Assembly (NCBI GenBank): GCA_963733675.1
Contig: CAVTET010000012.1
Location: forward strand, 128,001-192,000
Length of the DNA: 64,000 nucleotides
Reading direction: 5' to 3'
DNA from: an uncultured Methanosarcinaceae archaeon
GTDB taxonomy: Archaea > Halobacteriota > Methanosarcinia > Methanosarcinales > Methanosarcinaceae
A program made the position numbers and the translations under genes. Shown here piece by piece: positions 35,141-48,011 of the stretch. Numbering within the stretch: position 1 is the stretch's first letter; the number at the start of each line of letters is the position of its first letter. The notes beneath the pieces were generated by a model. The model did no database searches. It saw only the letters and a program-made list of their open reading frames with translations, and was not told the origin of the DNA.

Positions 35141-35300
35141 TAAAATTTACTTCGTTATAAAAGTTAACTATCTAAAAAATAGTTTCTAAATAAAATTTAC
35201 TTCGTTATAAAAGTTAACTATCTAAAAAATAGTTTCTAAATAAAATTTACTTCGTTATAAAAGTTAACTATCTAAAAAATAGTTTCTAAATAAAATTTAC
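35141..35300. repeat. 50-bp tandem repeat, three perfect copies plus a partial
   Basis: TAAAATTTACTTCGTTATAAAAGTTAACTATCTAAAAAATAGTTTCTAAA x3; degenerate copy near 35054-35100. Confidence 0.95.
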
Positions 35301-36475
35301 CTTGCCATAAAATGTTTTAAAATCTAACAACATTTTCATATTAACTATGTTTTTATTATTTTAAGATATATTCAGGAGTTTGACATTGAGCTTTTTACTA
35401 AAAAGCAACCCAGATTAATCTTGGATCAAATTAAAGTAAAAATCTTTAAATGTGTGGTAGCGTTCGTGAGTCTTGAACAAATTTGAAGAATTATTGTACT
35501 CCAAATTTTGAGAAATAATGATTAAAAGTTTTCAATGAAGACAAAAGCTTGAAAATTATTGGCCTATCCAAAAAAAATATTTGAGTAAGCAAACCGATTT
35601 TCAGAAATAACGATAACATAAAAACTGTCAAAATTAAAAGGGTACTTGTGGCGAGTCAGTTAATAATGTAGTTATTTTTATAAAACATATGTATTTGGCC
35701 CCACTTCAAATAAAGATGCCCATAAAACTCAAATTTAACTGAGAAATGCAGAGATTTTACCTCAAAAAACTATGCGCTAAAAAAATGAAGACCTACATTT
35801 TGTCGAAGGGATTTAAAAGAGCGATCATAAAGTATTAGCTAAAAAGTGTGAAAGTAAATAGATTAGCGTTGCTTTTTTTGAAGTGGTTAAATTTTTCAGC
35901 TGAAAAGTCTCAGTTCCCTTTATAAAAATAAAAGCAAGAAGGTTATATTTTTTTTCAATACGACGGTAGTTTAAAAACTAATCTCACTTCAATAAAGTGT
36001 AACCAAGTAGGCAACAAATTTCGCGCTTGTATACTATACCAAATTCTAAAAGCGTCTTTAAATAAAATAATCTGGACAAGTTTTGATGGGATTCCAGCGG
36101 GAAAAAAATTGAGATTAATTGGAATCCTCAAAGATTTTGTTGTAGATAAAAATTTTCGGCTGGATAATTAATCAAATATAATCATTTACTTTAGGATCAA
36201 AATTAATAAACTCAAAGTAAAAACATATTAATTTATATATAAATAGTCATATATACAGTGTAATATTTTTACCCGATCAATTACTTGCAAATGCAAAATA
36301 TATATAATAATACTAAAATTAAGCCTGTATGTTTTATGACATCTATGGTTCAGCTAGGCTACCATATACACGCCTAAATTTATTATATAAATATAGCTAA
36401 ATAATATAGTGCAAAATTATGAATATCTAAAATTAATATGCATCCTTGTAAGCTTCACAACTATGGAATTCGTAG

Positions 36476-36579
36476 ATCTTAGGCGCAAAATCAAGTGTTT
36501 TAGGCTTTGTAGTACAAACATAAATTTCAAACAGTCAAAGTTTTACTGCGATTGATTTTTCAGTTTAATTGTATAATCA
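36476..36579. repeat. MITE-like family B copy, degenerate
   Basis: GCGATTGATTTTTCAGTTTAATTGTATAATC end. Confidence 0.45.
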
Positions 36580-36802
36580 CCAAAAGAGGCATTATGATAG
36601 TTATTAACTAATATATATAATTAGTAATTGAAAAAATACAATATATATTTGATATAATTTATAACTAAAAATAACTAAAACTTTAAATTTTATATAGTAT
36701 ATACATATTAAAACATATATTATTTAATCTTTTTCTTAACTATTACATATTTTAATTCAAAAATTATGAAACAATTCAACGTATTTTATTATATACATTA
36801 AG

Positions 36803-36850
<48 letters not shown>

Positions 36851-38337
36851 AAAATATCACAATCTAAATTGTGTGAAGAGTACAAACTAAAAAACCTTAT
36901 AAAAAATATTATCTATAATATATATAATTATTTGCAGAAATCTGAAAATAGTGTATTAGAATAATAAAATTGCAATAATTTTCTATAATAATATATTGAT
37001 AAATTAGTATTCAACTAACAGATGGTACACTCATAGTTCTTGATTATAAATTATAAACATAGATGTATAATACCTAAAGATGATTTCAGAGTAATTTTTA
37101 ATAAAAAATCCAATGTAAGAAAAAGATGCATGATCCATAATTCCCCTCAAAAATGAGATTTCTGTGATTTAGATTCATTTTTAGGATGTTCCTAATTGAA
37201 TTTCTTGGGGCATGGGTAATAAATTGAGTGAAACCAGATCAGGCTTCTAAAATTTTAAAAATGAACGATATCATTTGTTGTTCAGTTAATTCTAAATCCT
37301 TGCATTGCAAATCTTGTTTCTTGAGTCAATTTTTTACATTCTATTGATATTCTAGAAAAATGTTCTATTATACTATAAGAACGAATTTTTCAGTTGATAT
37401 AATTTTGCATTTAACCCCCTATTTTGTTAAGTCAATTATTCCAAAGACTATATGAATTCGCAGGTTTTGGCCGACAGACCCCCCATTAAATGAGAAAAAA
37501 TATCAAAAAAAATTAGTGGATTAATTGGAATCCATTGTACATAATGACTATAGGCATGAAACAAAAATAATCTATGGCCAAGAAAAAAATAACTAACGAT
37601 TAGATTTCGAAGAGTAGTTAAAATTCCTATTCGCTTTTTTAAATATTCCTCCTTTTTGAACTATATGTTGCTATAATGACTTAAATCAAAGAGTCTATAC
37701 TTCGTCAACGGGATTAATGTGGAAACATATAGTAGTTAAGAACAAGCTGGGATTTAAAAATAGATTTTTTAATTAAAACTCGTACTGGGTATATAGATTA
37801 AATATGTAAATCAACTTCAGCAAGGTAGTAAGCTAACCTTCTGTAAAATTACAAACGTTAAAAAATTTTGAGGAAAAAATCAGGCATGAGAACCTAATTA
37901 CATACAACACTTGTAATTTGAATTAAAATTTAACCCAAATTTGTGAAATTTTTATATTAATCACTCCCACAATAAATTTAGGCAATCCTAGATATATTCA
38001 AAAATCGTAAATTTTGTTATTTTACATCAATTAGAACCAAAAAATAAGATCAAAAAATAATAAGAAGTCTCAAAAAAAATGTATCAACATATAACTCTTA
38101 TAATACAAATTAGTACATATTTTTAGTAAATTTTTATGTGCTACATTTCGGCAGATATATTTTTTATTCTCACTATTTTGCATCCTTAGATGTAATCAAA
38201 TAAGTTTAATTTTATCAAAATATAAATTTAAGATGTAATATTATACAAATACTTACCTCAATATTTGGTTTTGCATCGAACATAAAATACAATTGCACAA
38301 ATGAAAATGTAGTGAGTCACTAAATTGGGTGACGTAG

Positions 38338-38802
38338 TTATAATTCTAATCGTATATCAAATATTTCTTCAAATAATTTGTATTTTTTCCGTGCTCTATA
38401 CAAATACTGACGAATTGGAGTTTCATTTCTTGTCCTGGCAAAGAGAGCTTCAATTTCCCCTCTGGAAAAAACAGCCTGAAGTTTTTTGATGGATAATTTC
38501 TCAAGCTCTTTACTGTCGTTGATTACCTGATTACTTATTGTAATTGGGATTGGGAGCAAAGATAATGGGACTTCATCTATCCAACTCCACTCCAAATCGT
38601 AGAGGTTTGCGTAAAAAGCTCGGCATGAAACACATCTTGTCACAACCACATTTGTCTCACTTACAGAGTGATAACTAAGGCTAACAAGCATTGCAGAACA
38701 GTTACTACAGCTTCCGATCTCATTTTTATCCAGGTCGTACGCAGATATTCGGCTTTCTCCAATGCAAAGATAATTATCCGTAAGATCGTACCTATATTCC
38801 AT
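38338..38802 (-). CDS. Hypothetical protein with two CxxC motifs
   Basis: 154 aa ORF; CSNC and CVSC; C-terminal RQYLYRARKK. Confidence 0.75.
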   Translation of the reverse strand: MEYRYDLTDNYLCIGESRISAYDLDKNEIGSCSNCSAMLVSLSYHSVSETNVVVTRCVSCRAFYANLYDLEWSWIDEVPLSLLPIPITISNQVINDSKELEKLSIKKLQAVFSRGEIEALFARTRNETPIRQYLYRARKKYKLFEEIFDIRLEL

Positions 38803-38915
38803 TTGATCAGCTCTTGGAAGAGGTTGAGGGTGGAATTTATGTTATTAGTCACTATGCCTTTTTTGACTTTTTTTCTGCTTCTTTGGTCTAAGGTTATTAA
38901 CATATTAATATTGAT

Positions 38916-39770
38916 GGTTCCGTTGCAAAAAATTCAAAAAAATATGTAGATGTATAAGTAATGAATAAAAATCAAAATATTCGAGGAAAATATACTAACA
39001 TTATAAAGCTATACCAAATAATTGATTAATGTATTTGACTTCATTAAGAATAGAGTAATTTAGATTATTGACTTGTCCTTTTTTGATCATATTCATAGCT
39101 TCAATTCCTTTTAAGGTTTTATTAGCAGATCGAAAAGACTGAAATCCTAACATTGGATTAACGATTCGCTTTATAGATCTGTGATCTTGTTCTATAATTT
39201 TATTCAAATACTTGATTTGTCGAATGCCTACGTTTTTAGGTAGTATTGTATCAATTTTTAGTTTACCTATAGCAGGTGGATAAGCTGGATTCTTATCAAC
39301 GGTTATTACTCTTGGAATTTGATTATGATTAGAACTCAAAGCTTTCTTAAAGAATCTCTTCGCTGCTTTTCTGTTTCGTTTTGCACTTAACATGAAATCA
39401 ATTGTATCTACATTGGAATCAACTGCTCGATAAAGATATTTCCATTTACCTTTTACTTTGATATAGGTTTCATCAACTCTCCATGAATCATTTGTTGGTC
39501 TTAAATGTCTTCTTATCTTCTTTTCTATTTCAGGGGAATATTGATGTACCCATCTCATGATTGTTGTATGGTCGACTTTTACTCCCCTTTCTGCCATCAT
39601 TTCCTTTAAATTTCTATAACTTAATGCATATTTTAAGTACCATCTTACATTCAATAAGATAATTTCCCCTTCATAATGCTTCCATTTAAAGGAATTAGAT
39701 AGCATGTTACTATCTTTGGTTTTCTTTTTATTCTATTGTATCATTAGAAAGGATTTTTTGCAACGGAACC
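38916..39770 (-). mobile_element. IS6-family element copy 3 (855 bp) with full-length transposase 39001-39705
   Basis: Perfect IRs GGTTCCGTTGCAAAAAAT; intact 234 aa DDE ORF ending INQLFGIAL. Confidence 0.96.
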
Positions 39771-40030
39771 CATGGATAAGGGTTATGATTTCAACGATAT
39801 CAGAAAATTGGTTGAAGACTATGGTTATACTGCGCATATCAAAAGTCGCGGGGAAGAAAACATAAGAGAAGAGAAATATCTGGTTTTAGGGCAAGAAGAT
39901 GGGTTGTAGAAAGGACACATTCTTGGCTGAATAGATTCAGAAGACTCCTTATAAGATGGGAAAAGAAAATTGAAAATTACCTTGCTATCCTACATTTAGC
40001 GTGCGCATTGATAACATTCAGATCAGCAGG
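39771..40030 (+). mobile_element. IS5-family transposase 3' fragment truncated by IS6
   Basis: DKGYD, RRWVVERTHSWLNRFRRLLIRWEKK, LHLAC; ends TTTTCGGATAGCCTATA. Confidence 0.85.
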
Positions 40031-40544
40031 ACTTTTCGGATAGCCTATAAGTTGAGAAACCAATCTTCAGCAACTTTCCAGTTATTGCATATTATCGTTT
40101 TCTTTACTTAAAGCGTCGATGCGCGGAAATGAACTCATAGTTCTTTTTAGTAAACTTTTGAAAAGTAGCTTTACATAACACCAGTTCTATCGTTATTCTT
40201 AAGACAAAAGTAGCAATCTCAAGATTTGAGAAAAACTATATTAAGAGCAGATATTTCTTTTAAAATTCTATAATTTCAGATCTTGAAATTATTCAGAAAC
40301 AGAAATTCTGCTCGAATATTTATCGAAGACTGGTATGTGTTGCTGGTTAAGCATAAATGTAGAAACTTTTGATTATGCAATTGATTTTTGATTTATTGCA
40401 GCCATTCAAAGTTAATTGATGGTAATATCTGGTAAACAGGAGTTATTAAAAAGTTTTATGCATTTAAAAGAGCTTTCACTATATCATGTAATTATTAAAA
40501 TTAAATATTTTGATTAGCTCGACGATACCTTTCTAACTAGTACC

Positions 40545-41025
40545 TCTGATTATAATACAGTTTTTATTTATACTGCAAGTTGTATCATCGACCAGGGTTC
40601 CAATGTAACCTCAATCACTCAAAAGCTCACAACACAGTAACTGTTTTTAATCAAAGAGCATTCATTAAAGATTTTTCTTGCTGTGATACTTTTTATGATT
40701 TGCATCACTCCTGGTTGATAACACTTTGGTTCATAAGCGATGAAATGACGTACAAGACTACCATTAATGTCGATTACATCAAACTCAGAAAGTGTGCCAT
40801 TTATCAATCTCAAAGAAAATAAATTTGAAATAATTAATTATATAATTGTCTGGAAAGAATTTCCCCAATCATTCATACAAAGAAAGTTATATCCAGTTTT
40901 AAAAGTACAATTACTTGTAATCCATGTTTCCATTTTATATTTCAAAGGCAGCTTCAAATAGAAATCAATCAGTTCATAACATTTTCCAGGGGAATTCATT
41001 ACCTACAGCAAGCTATGGATATCGG
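40545..41025 (-). mobile_element. IS200/IS605 TnpA remnant with end hairpin
   Basis: MQIIKSITARKIF, GYIGTLVDDT; hairpin-like CCTACAGCAAGCTATGG; paralog at 59330-59835. Confidence 0.65.
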
Positions 41026-41169
41026 CTTAAATCATGCCTGCGGGATATTCTTGACTAGATGACTTCTTTTATATTGAAAAAAATTATAGATAATCAAATT
41101 TTCCTCTAATTTTTTTTCTTCGAGTGGATCCTGTCCAAATATTCATCTCTAATTTCTGTATTTGACCCG

Positions 41170-41790
41170 ATATTTACTTTTCTAATTCATTATTCTTTGG
41201 TTTTAAAGATAGCTTTTACTATCCTTTAAATACTCCTTTTATTTTCGATGTCATCAAAAGATGGTAATTATACCAAAAAGCTGTACATAACATCTTCAGA
41301 TTTAATCTTTGAAAATAGTGGCAAGAACTTTTCCTGCTTTGAATATCTTCTTAGTTACTGCATAAACTCGTTACTCTTAAATTCTTTTGAGCTGATATCT
41401 TGTTTTTAAATATATCACCCGTTTCCAAAGGATATTTCTTAATGCTCTTTTAATTGTTACATCATAACCTTTTGATTTTGTGCCAAAGTAACTTCTGTCT
41501 ATATAAATCACTTCATTTTTTCTGACAAATCTAACTGAAGATCATTAAGTGATGTAGTTGTTGTTTTGAATCTTCTGATCAGCTCATATTTCCTGTTTAT
41601 TATGCTAAGACGTTCATATCCAAAATGTAACTACCACCCTTTTTTTCAGATCCTGTCTCTGCATCTCCTTGTTCTTGCTTCACTTTCTGAGGCTTATCCT
41701 CTTTTGCATGTCACGAAACTTGATGTATAAAGAGTAACTTTCTAAATCATATTATTTTTTATTTTCAAGCAATGTAATCAAGTTGACTTT
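41170..41790 (-). mobile_element. IS5-family transposase remnant, second copy
   Basis: Nucleotide similarity to 6560-7220; YELIRRFKTTT, YIDRSYFG..KGYD. Confidence 0.7.
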
Positions 41791-41870
41791 CATCAGGAAG
41801 AATAAATTTACAAATCTATATATAGAACTACAACTGACATAGTTTACTAATGCAGTAAAGGTGGTAATTA

Positions 41871-42188
41871 ATGGTATCCATCCGAGCTAAAATTAATTCC
41901 AGATTAGAGAAATTTCTAGAAGTAGATTATAGTGGATATCGAAGAGCTATACTATGCTTCTTCATCCAAGTAAAAAAAACAACTATAGATGAACTGCATG
42001 AAATGCTATGTGGTAGGTATAGCGTTTCGAGAAACACAGTTGCATCTATGGTAGGGTACATTCACTCGAAACTCGGAATCTTGAGAGCACACAAAGAATC
42101 ATATAAAACCCCAATGGTTTACTTCCTGAGAGAAGAATATATGGATCTGCTTATGAAGATTGTAAGTTCATCTAAAACGTCTATTTAG
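41871..42188 (+). CDS. DUF2551-like methanogen protein (probable wHTH)
   Basis: RLEKFL..D..G.RR..L, VASMVGYIHSKLGIL. Confidence 0.75.
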   Translation: MVSIRAKINSRLEKFLEVDYSGYRRAILCFFIQVKKTTIDELHEMLCGRYSVSRNTVASMVGYIHSKLGILRAHKESYKTPMVYFLREEYMDLLMKIVSSSKTSI

Positions 42189-42234
42189 TGAATTATCTAC
42201 TGAAATTATAGCCACCTAAAATCATCTGATTAAA

Positions 42235-42639
42235 ATGTCACTTGTGAAAAACGCACCCAGAACAGCAACCACTATCGTAGTAAGATCAGATGCAAATGCA
42301 CGCATAAGTCATTCAAGGGATCCATATTACAGCCTTATGCGACGTATTTTTCAGGAAGAAACTACCGCTGCTAGGGGTCAGAAGTTTTTGATAATTATTG
42401 AAAAGCGGCAAGCTGCAGGAGAAGCAATTCGGACTGAAGAATGGAAGTCCCTCCTTGAAGAACTGCAGATCAGTCGCGCCTCATTTTACGCAATGCGCAA
42501 CAAGTTACTCGGAGCAGGACTCATCTCGATAAAAAATAAAGAATACAGGCTTTCAGGTCAGTTCTCAAGGGATCTTCTGGATATGGCTCGCTGGTGGTGG
42601 ACTGCAGTTCTTAATCAGCGAGGGGAAATTTTATACTAA
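42235..42639 (+). CDS. Conserved hypothetical protein (wHTH-like)
   Basis: ISRASFYAMRNKLLGAGLI, YRLS; follows the upstream gene closely. Confidence 0.7.
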   Translation: MSLVKNAPRTATTIVVRSDANARISHSRDPYYSLMRRIFQEETTAARGQKFLIIIEKRQAAGEAIRTEEWKSLLEELQISRASFYAMRNKLLGAGLISIKNKEYRLSGQFSRDLLDMARWWWTAVLNQRGEILY

Positions 42640-42774
42640 GAAGGGATGCTATTTTTCATTGAGATTCAATTTCAATATCTAGAAACCTCAACAGAAAGCT
42701 ATATATATAGAATTCTCCCTTAGAAGATGTACTCTAAAGAGAATAAAATTCACTACATAGCGAAAAATCAATGA

Positions 42775-42847
42775 AGCCCGGTAGTGTAGTGGTCAATCAT
42801 GTGGGACTCTGGATCCTGCAACCTCGGTTCGAATCCGTGCCGGGCTA
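42775..42847 (+). tRNA. tRNA-Gln(CTG)
   Basis: AGCCCGG/CCGGGCT acceptor stem with A1-U72, loop CTCTGGA, GGTTCGAATCC; TATA-like TATATATAG near 42700. Confidence 0.93.
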
Positions 42848-43009
42848 TCTTATCCTGTAGACAAACATATTTTTGTTCTTTTTTGAGAAAATGTCAAAAA
42901 ATTTTTTGCCCACATTTTTAGTAATTTATGAACACGATCAAAATATATCTTTGAATTAGGGTTATGCAAATTTAAATAATTTCCTGCAAAGCAGGAAATT
43001 GTCTAAGTC

Positions 43010-43894
43010 CTAGGTAGAATTATCATGGATATTTACATTGATTTCGTTCGTATGTACATGTGCTATCGCAGGGCCAGCTAAATCATGAAAATTGTTGCCA
43101 TAAACTTCTGTATTTGAAACAGTCCCCTCTAATTCTAAACCTGAATATCCACCACCAGATGTAGTGCATTCATTATTCGCAAACACGCCATTGGTAACCT
43201 GATAGAATCGACAGGATGAATTAGTCCTATTGACAAATCTACTGTTTATAACTTTAATACCAGTGACATCATAGGCACTTATGCCATCATGTCCACACTT
43301 GTTTATAGCAACTTTATCTATTCTTACATCGTTACATTTATTGATAAGAACGGCATCATTGCATCCATTCTGGAATGTAACATCATGAATTGCTAATTTA
43401 TTACAACCTATCAAAGTTGCCATGTTGTAACAAGAGGTTCCGAGCCTTATATTTGAATAATAGTCTGATTGACTACCATCAATAATTAAGTTTTTAATTA
43501 TAATATTGGTTGCATAATTATTTTTGATCATAATCATAGCTTTTTCGTCTGTAATTTTACTACTGCGTCCACCCCATACGGATAAACCTGGAGCAAGTTT
43601 AATTTTTACGTCTGAATCTCCCTCAAGGACTGTATCACTGCTGATTTTAAGAGTATCGCTTATGTAGTACGTGAACTGGCCTTTAAGATGGACAGTTGTA
43701 CCTGGGTTATTAGCTGCATAATCAAGTGCTTTGTTAATCTGGACTTGATCGTCTTTTCCATCACAAATAAAATTTCCGCTTCCATCTCCTGAAACCGTTA
43801 TAGTTCGAGTGTTATGGCCGCCTAATGCAGCTGGTACGGTTGTTAAAATAAGGCACGTTACTAGGATTGAAGTTCCTAGCTGTCTTTTTAGCAT
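43010..43894 (-). CDS. Secreted right-handed parallel beta-helix protein (Methanosarcina surface-protein type)
   Basis: Signal peptide; VSGDGSGNFICDGKDDQVQINKAL, TTVHLKG; Asn-rich repeats. Confidence 0.82.
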   Translation of the reverse strand: MLKRQLGTSILVTCLILTTVPAALGGHNTRTITVSGDGSGNFICDGKDDQVQINKALDYAANNPGTTVHLKGQFTYYISDTLKISSDTVLEGDSDVKIKLAPGLSVWGGRSSKITDEKAMIMIKNNYATNIIIKNLIIDGSQSDYYSNIRLGTSCYNMATLIGCNKLAIHDVTFQNGCNDAVLINKCNDVRIDKVAINKCGHDGISAYDVTGIKVINSRFVNRTNSSCRFYQVTNGVFANNECTTSGGGYSGLELEGTVSNTEVYGNNFHDLAGPAIAHVHTNEINVNIHDNST

Positions 43895-44993
43895 CGTATC
43901 ACCTTTGGGTTGGGTTTTTAGAACTTGAGTAAACTACAAAAATTCAGGATTTTTGTATCTTTTTTCCAAAAGCTGATAAGTTTATTAAAATAAGGTATTT
44001 TTAGGAACAGAATTCCTAGTTTCCCTTTCAGCACCATTTAGCTTTTGGTTCTATGTTAATAGGGATTTAAGCGTAATCAAAACTTCATAGCCACGTTTCG
44101 CAGATGTACACAAGAATAGCATATATTTTCTCAATATGGCAATGGCTTAAAAAATAATCTAAATTTCAACGAATAAATAGTGAGCTAATAGGCAAACAGA
44201 TTCCAAATTTGTGCACATATGCAGAATGTAGGTTATGGGAAATTTACATCTTTTTTCCCAGATCTTTCTCAAAATTCCATATTACGTACTCGTAATAGTT
44301 TCGTTTCCGAATTATCCAATTAGATCGATCTGTACTAAATATCTAATTAGTTCGGATCTATACGGTTATTCAACAATCGATAATTACGTCTGCGTAATAT
44401 TTTTTTTTAAACCTATCCAATTCTGGTCTCTGAGACATATATAGGCGGAAACATTGTACACATAGCTTACGCTCTCCAATTACTTTCTAGAAACTCGTTA
44501 TTGGAGATGGCTGTGTATGAGACTTTTGACTTCCTACTTCTCAAAATCTGTTATTAACCATCGGAAATTACTCCTTCTGGTCAATTCCACCTCTTTTAGT
44601 AATCACGGCTTTTAGCCAAGTCAATTCATAAATTCAACAATAGATGGATTAATATATTCCAGACAAAGAATTGACATCCAGGTTTATGTAGTCATATTAT
44701 AAAGTATTTTTGGTTTTTTGTCAATAAATGTGCACGATTTATTGTTTTTTCGTTTGTTGTAGACTTTTGAGCGTCTTAAAAAGCAAAAATTTGGAGTAAT
44801 TATTGCGTTAGGTGCAACCATAAAATCATTCTTTTGCTTAAAGAAAAATGGATACCAAAGAAGAACACTAATTTCTTAAAAGAATTAATTTTGGAAGTTA
44901 AATATGATGTTTTTTTCACCACTATCATACTTTCCAAGAAGTCCACAAGAATGGTATCTATTTACCAATATGACCATACCATAGAATATAGAT

Positions 44994-45212
44994 GATTTCG
45001 ATAAAATCCTAAATTATATTCCATGATATAAATGAGAGATAAGGTGACTCGTGAAAATCATAGATTTATCGAAATCCGCTATAAATTAGATAATATCGAT
45101 TAATCCCCTATTTTAACAAATTTCGTAATTTGCCTTATATAGTCAACATGCCATAAATTTGATTTATCAAAATCCTCATAGGTTAGTTAATAAAGATTTT
45201 TGATAAATTTCC
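44994..45212. repeat. Tandem cluster of MITE-like family A copies
   Basis: GATTTCGATAAA..TTTATCGAAATC (44994-45076), second unit about 45092-45175, third left end at about 45194. Confidence 0.7.
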
Positions 45213-45417
45213 ATCACCACGGGAAACTTACGTACAGTTGGTTAAAATAAAAAACATTTCAGCTTTGCAGCAGCTCTGAATCCTTTTAGCTCTAAAAACC
45301 ATCTTATACAATCTAAATGCTGAAGATTGAAGAAGACTAATGAACGATGCTAAAAATATGAAAAATTATTTAGATTGAGATTAATGAAACAAAAAATTAA
45401 ATCGCTTATAATCGGTA

Positions 45418-45939
45418 TTACAGCGGAGAATTAAGGTCACTGGCAGTTACATTCCTTAGACGAGTTATTCCATCAATTTTATTGATAGCTTCTACTATCG
45501 ATCTTGGAACTAGGTGTTCCCATTTTTCTCCTGCGATTATTCGTCTCCGAATTTCTGTACCTGAGTAGCTTTCTCGAATATAAAGAGGAGATACCTTTAC
45601 GCAAAAACTGGCTTCTCGAAAAAGTTGAATAACCAAAGGGTTATTTGAATATACGACTTCAAAATTTGGCGTTCGTGATGCTACGTGGTGAACCCATATC
45701 GAATTATATCTAACATCTTCGATAGGAACAACGTAATGGCGGATCGGTAAGTTCTCAAGCGCATTGTAAACCATCAGCACCCGTTCACCAGCCGTAAAAG
45801 GGTCACTAGCCTCATGACTTTTTTGAGCGCTTCCGATGCCTATTACCAGTTCATCAACCTCTTCAGATATCCGCGTAATTACCGCATGGTGACCTAAATG
45901 ATATGGCTGGAAACGTCCAATATAGAAAGCTCGCACCAT
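45418..45939 (-). CDS. nadM: Nicotinamide-nucleotide adenylyltransferase
   Basis: YIGRFQPYHLGH, GIGSAQ, PFTAGER, SGTEIR. Confidence 0.93.
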   Translation of the reverse strand: MVRAFYIGRFQPYHLGHHAVITRISEEVDELVIGIGSAQKSHEASDPFTAGERVLMVYNALENLPIRHYVVPIEDVRYNSIWVHHVASRTPNFEVVYSNNPLVIQLFREASFCVKVSPLYIRESYSGTEIRRRIIAGEKWEHLVPRSIVEAINKIDGITRLRNVTASDLNSPL

Positions 45940-46019
45940 CCGAATTCCAACCTCTAATTTGTAATTATGTTATTTGAGATAATTTATGTTTCACATCGAT
46001 CTTATTTTAGATCCTTTCA

Positions 46020-46199
46020 TTACGAATTCCTGTTACAAAGTTGAATTTTTTTACATACTTGCAGGAGATTTTCAGCATTGTTCTTGCGCTTAATTTCAAT
46101 AAGCTTTTCAACAAATTCGAGGCCTGGCTTTGGATCTTCCACCATTTCCATAAAGTCTTGGACCATATTGAAGTACTTATCACCTATCTCTTTTCGCAT
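46020..46199 (-). CDS. Small 59-aa ORF between mer and nadM (small protein or gene remnant)
   Basis: MRKEIGDKYFNMVQDFMEMVEDPKPGLEFVEKLIEIKRK...; ATG 12 nt after the mer stop. Confidence 0.35.
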   Translation of the reverse strand: MRKEIGDKYFNMVQDFMEMVEDPKPGLEFVEKLIEIKRKNNAENLLQVCKKIQLCNRNS

Positions 46200-46211
46200 A
46201 AAGACTGAAAA

Positions 46212-47264
<1,053 letters not shown>

Positions 47265-47280
47265 TCACATCTAATGTACA

Positions 47281-47367
47281 GAGAATTTCGATAAAATTCC
47301 AAGTTAAACAAATTGTTTATATACCCTTTATCAACAACCAACCAAAAATTGGAGTTTCTCTAAATCC
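47281..47367. repeat. MITE-like family A copy in the mer upstream region
   Basis: GAGAATTTCGATAAAATTCC ... GGAGTTTCTCTAAATCC. Confidence 0.6.
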
Positions 47368-47539
47368 ACTGTAATTAATACTCATTATACAACACTAGCA
47401 GATGTGCATAGATATATGTTTTGTCTGCCTATTTGTTTTCTATTGATTCATAGAAAGTTGGATTAAATTTTAAGCTGCTGTAATATTAAGAAAATAGATA
47501 GCATTCGTATGCACATGTGTGGAAAGTTAACATAATAAA

Positions 47540-48011
47540 TACCAATTATTGATCTGTTACAAGGTATCAATAAAGGGAATACTCCGATTTGATGCAAAAG
47601 CTGTTGAAACTCTGAATATTCAAGGCATGGTTAAGAACCATCATTTAATAAGGCTATAGGTGATTTGACGTGGAGCAGTTTTGTAAGAAAATTAGAGTAT
47701 AAATCAGAGTGATCCAGAAAAACTATTCTTTTGAAAGGCAAATTTGAACCACCGTCTAGGATTTGTCATGTTTGTGGATACCATAACTCTGATCTAAAAT
47801 TCAAAGATAGAGAATGAAAATGTCTCGATAGCAAAACAAAACATGATAACGACATTAATGATATAATTAAAATCAAAAATTCTCTCTATTGATCAAAATC
47901 TAATTGGAATCTGACACCCATGGAATATGGGGGATGGGCCTTGGAACTTGTTCTCAGAAGAGATGGAATGAACCAACAAGCCACTTAGTCTCCAGCTTAG
48001 TGCTAGTTCAC
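47540..48011 (+). mobile_element. IS605/IS1341 TnpB 3' remnant with right end (omegaRNA region)
   Basis: AVETLNIQGMVKNH, W..FVRKLEYK, FEPPSRICHVCG, HDNDIN; end AAGCCACTTAGTCTCCAGCTTAGTGCTAGTTCAC. Confidence 0.8.

Noticed and set aside
35141-35300. Possible CRISPR array
   Set aside because: Units are identical head-to-tail with no unique spacers; no cas genes in the window
44994-45212. Palindromic repeats with variable interiors as a mini-CRISPR
   Set aside because: Repeats alternate in orientation and are dispersed elsewhere, fitting MITE ends
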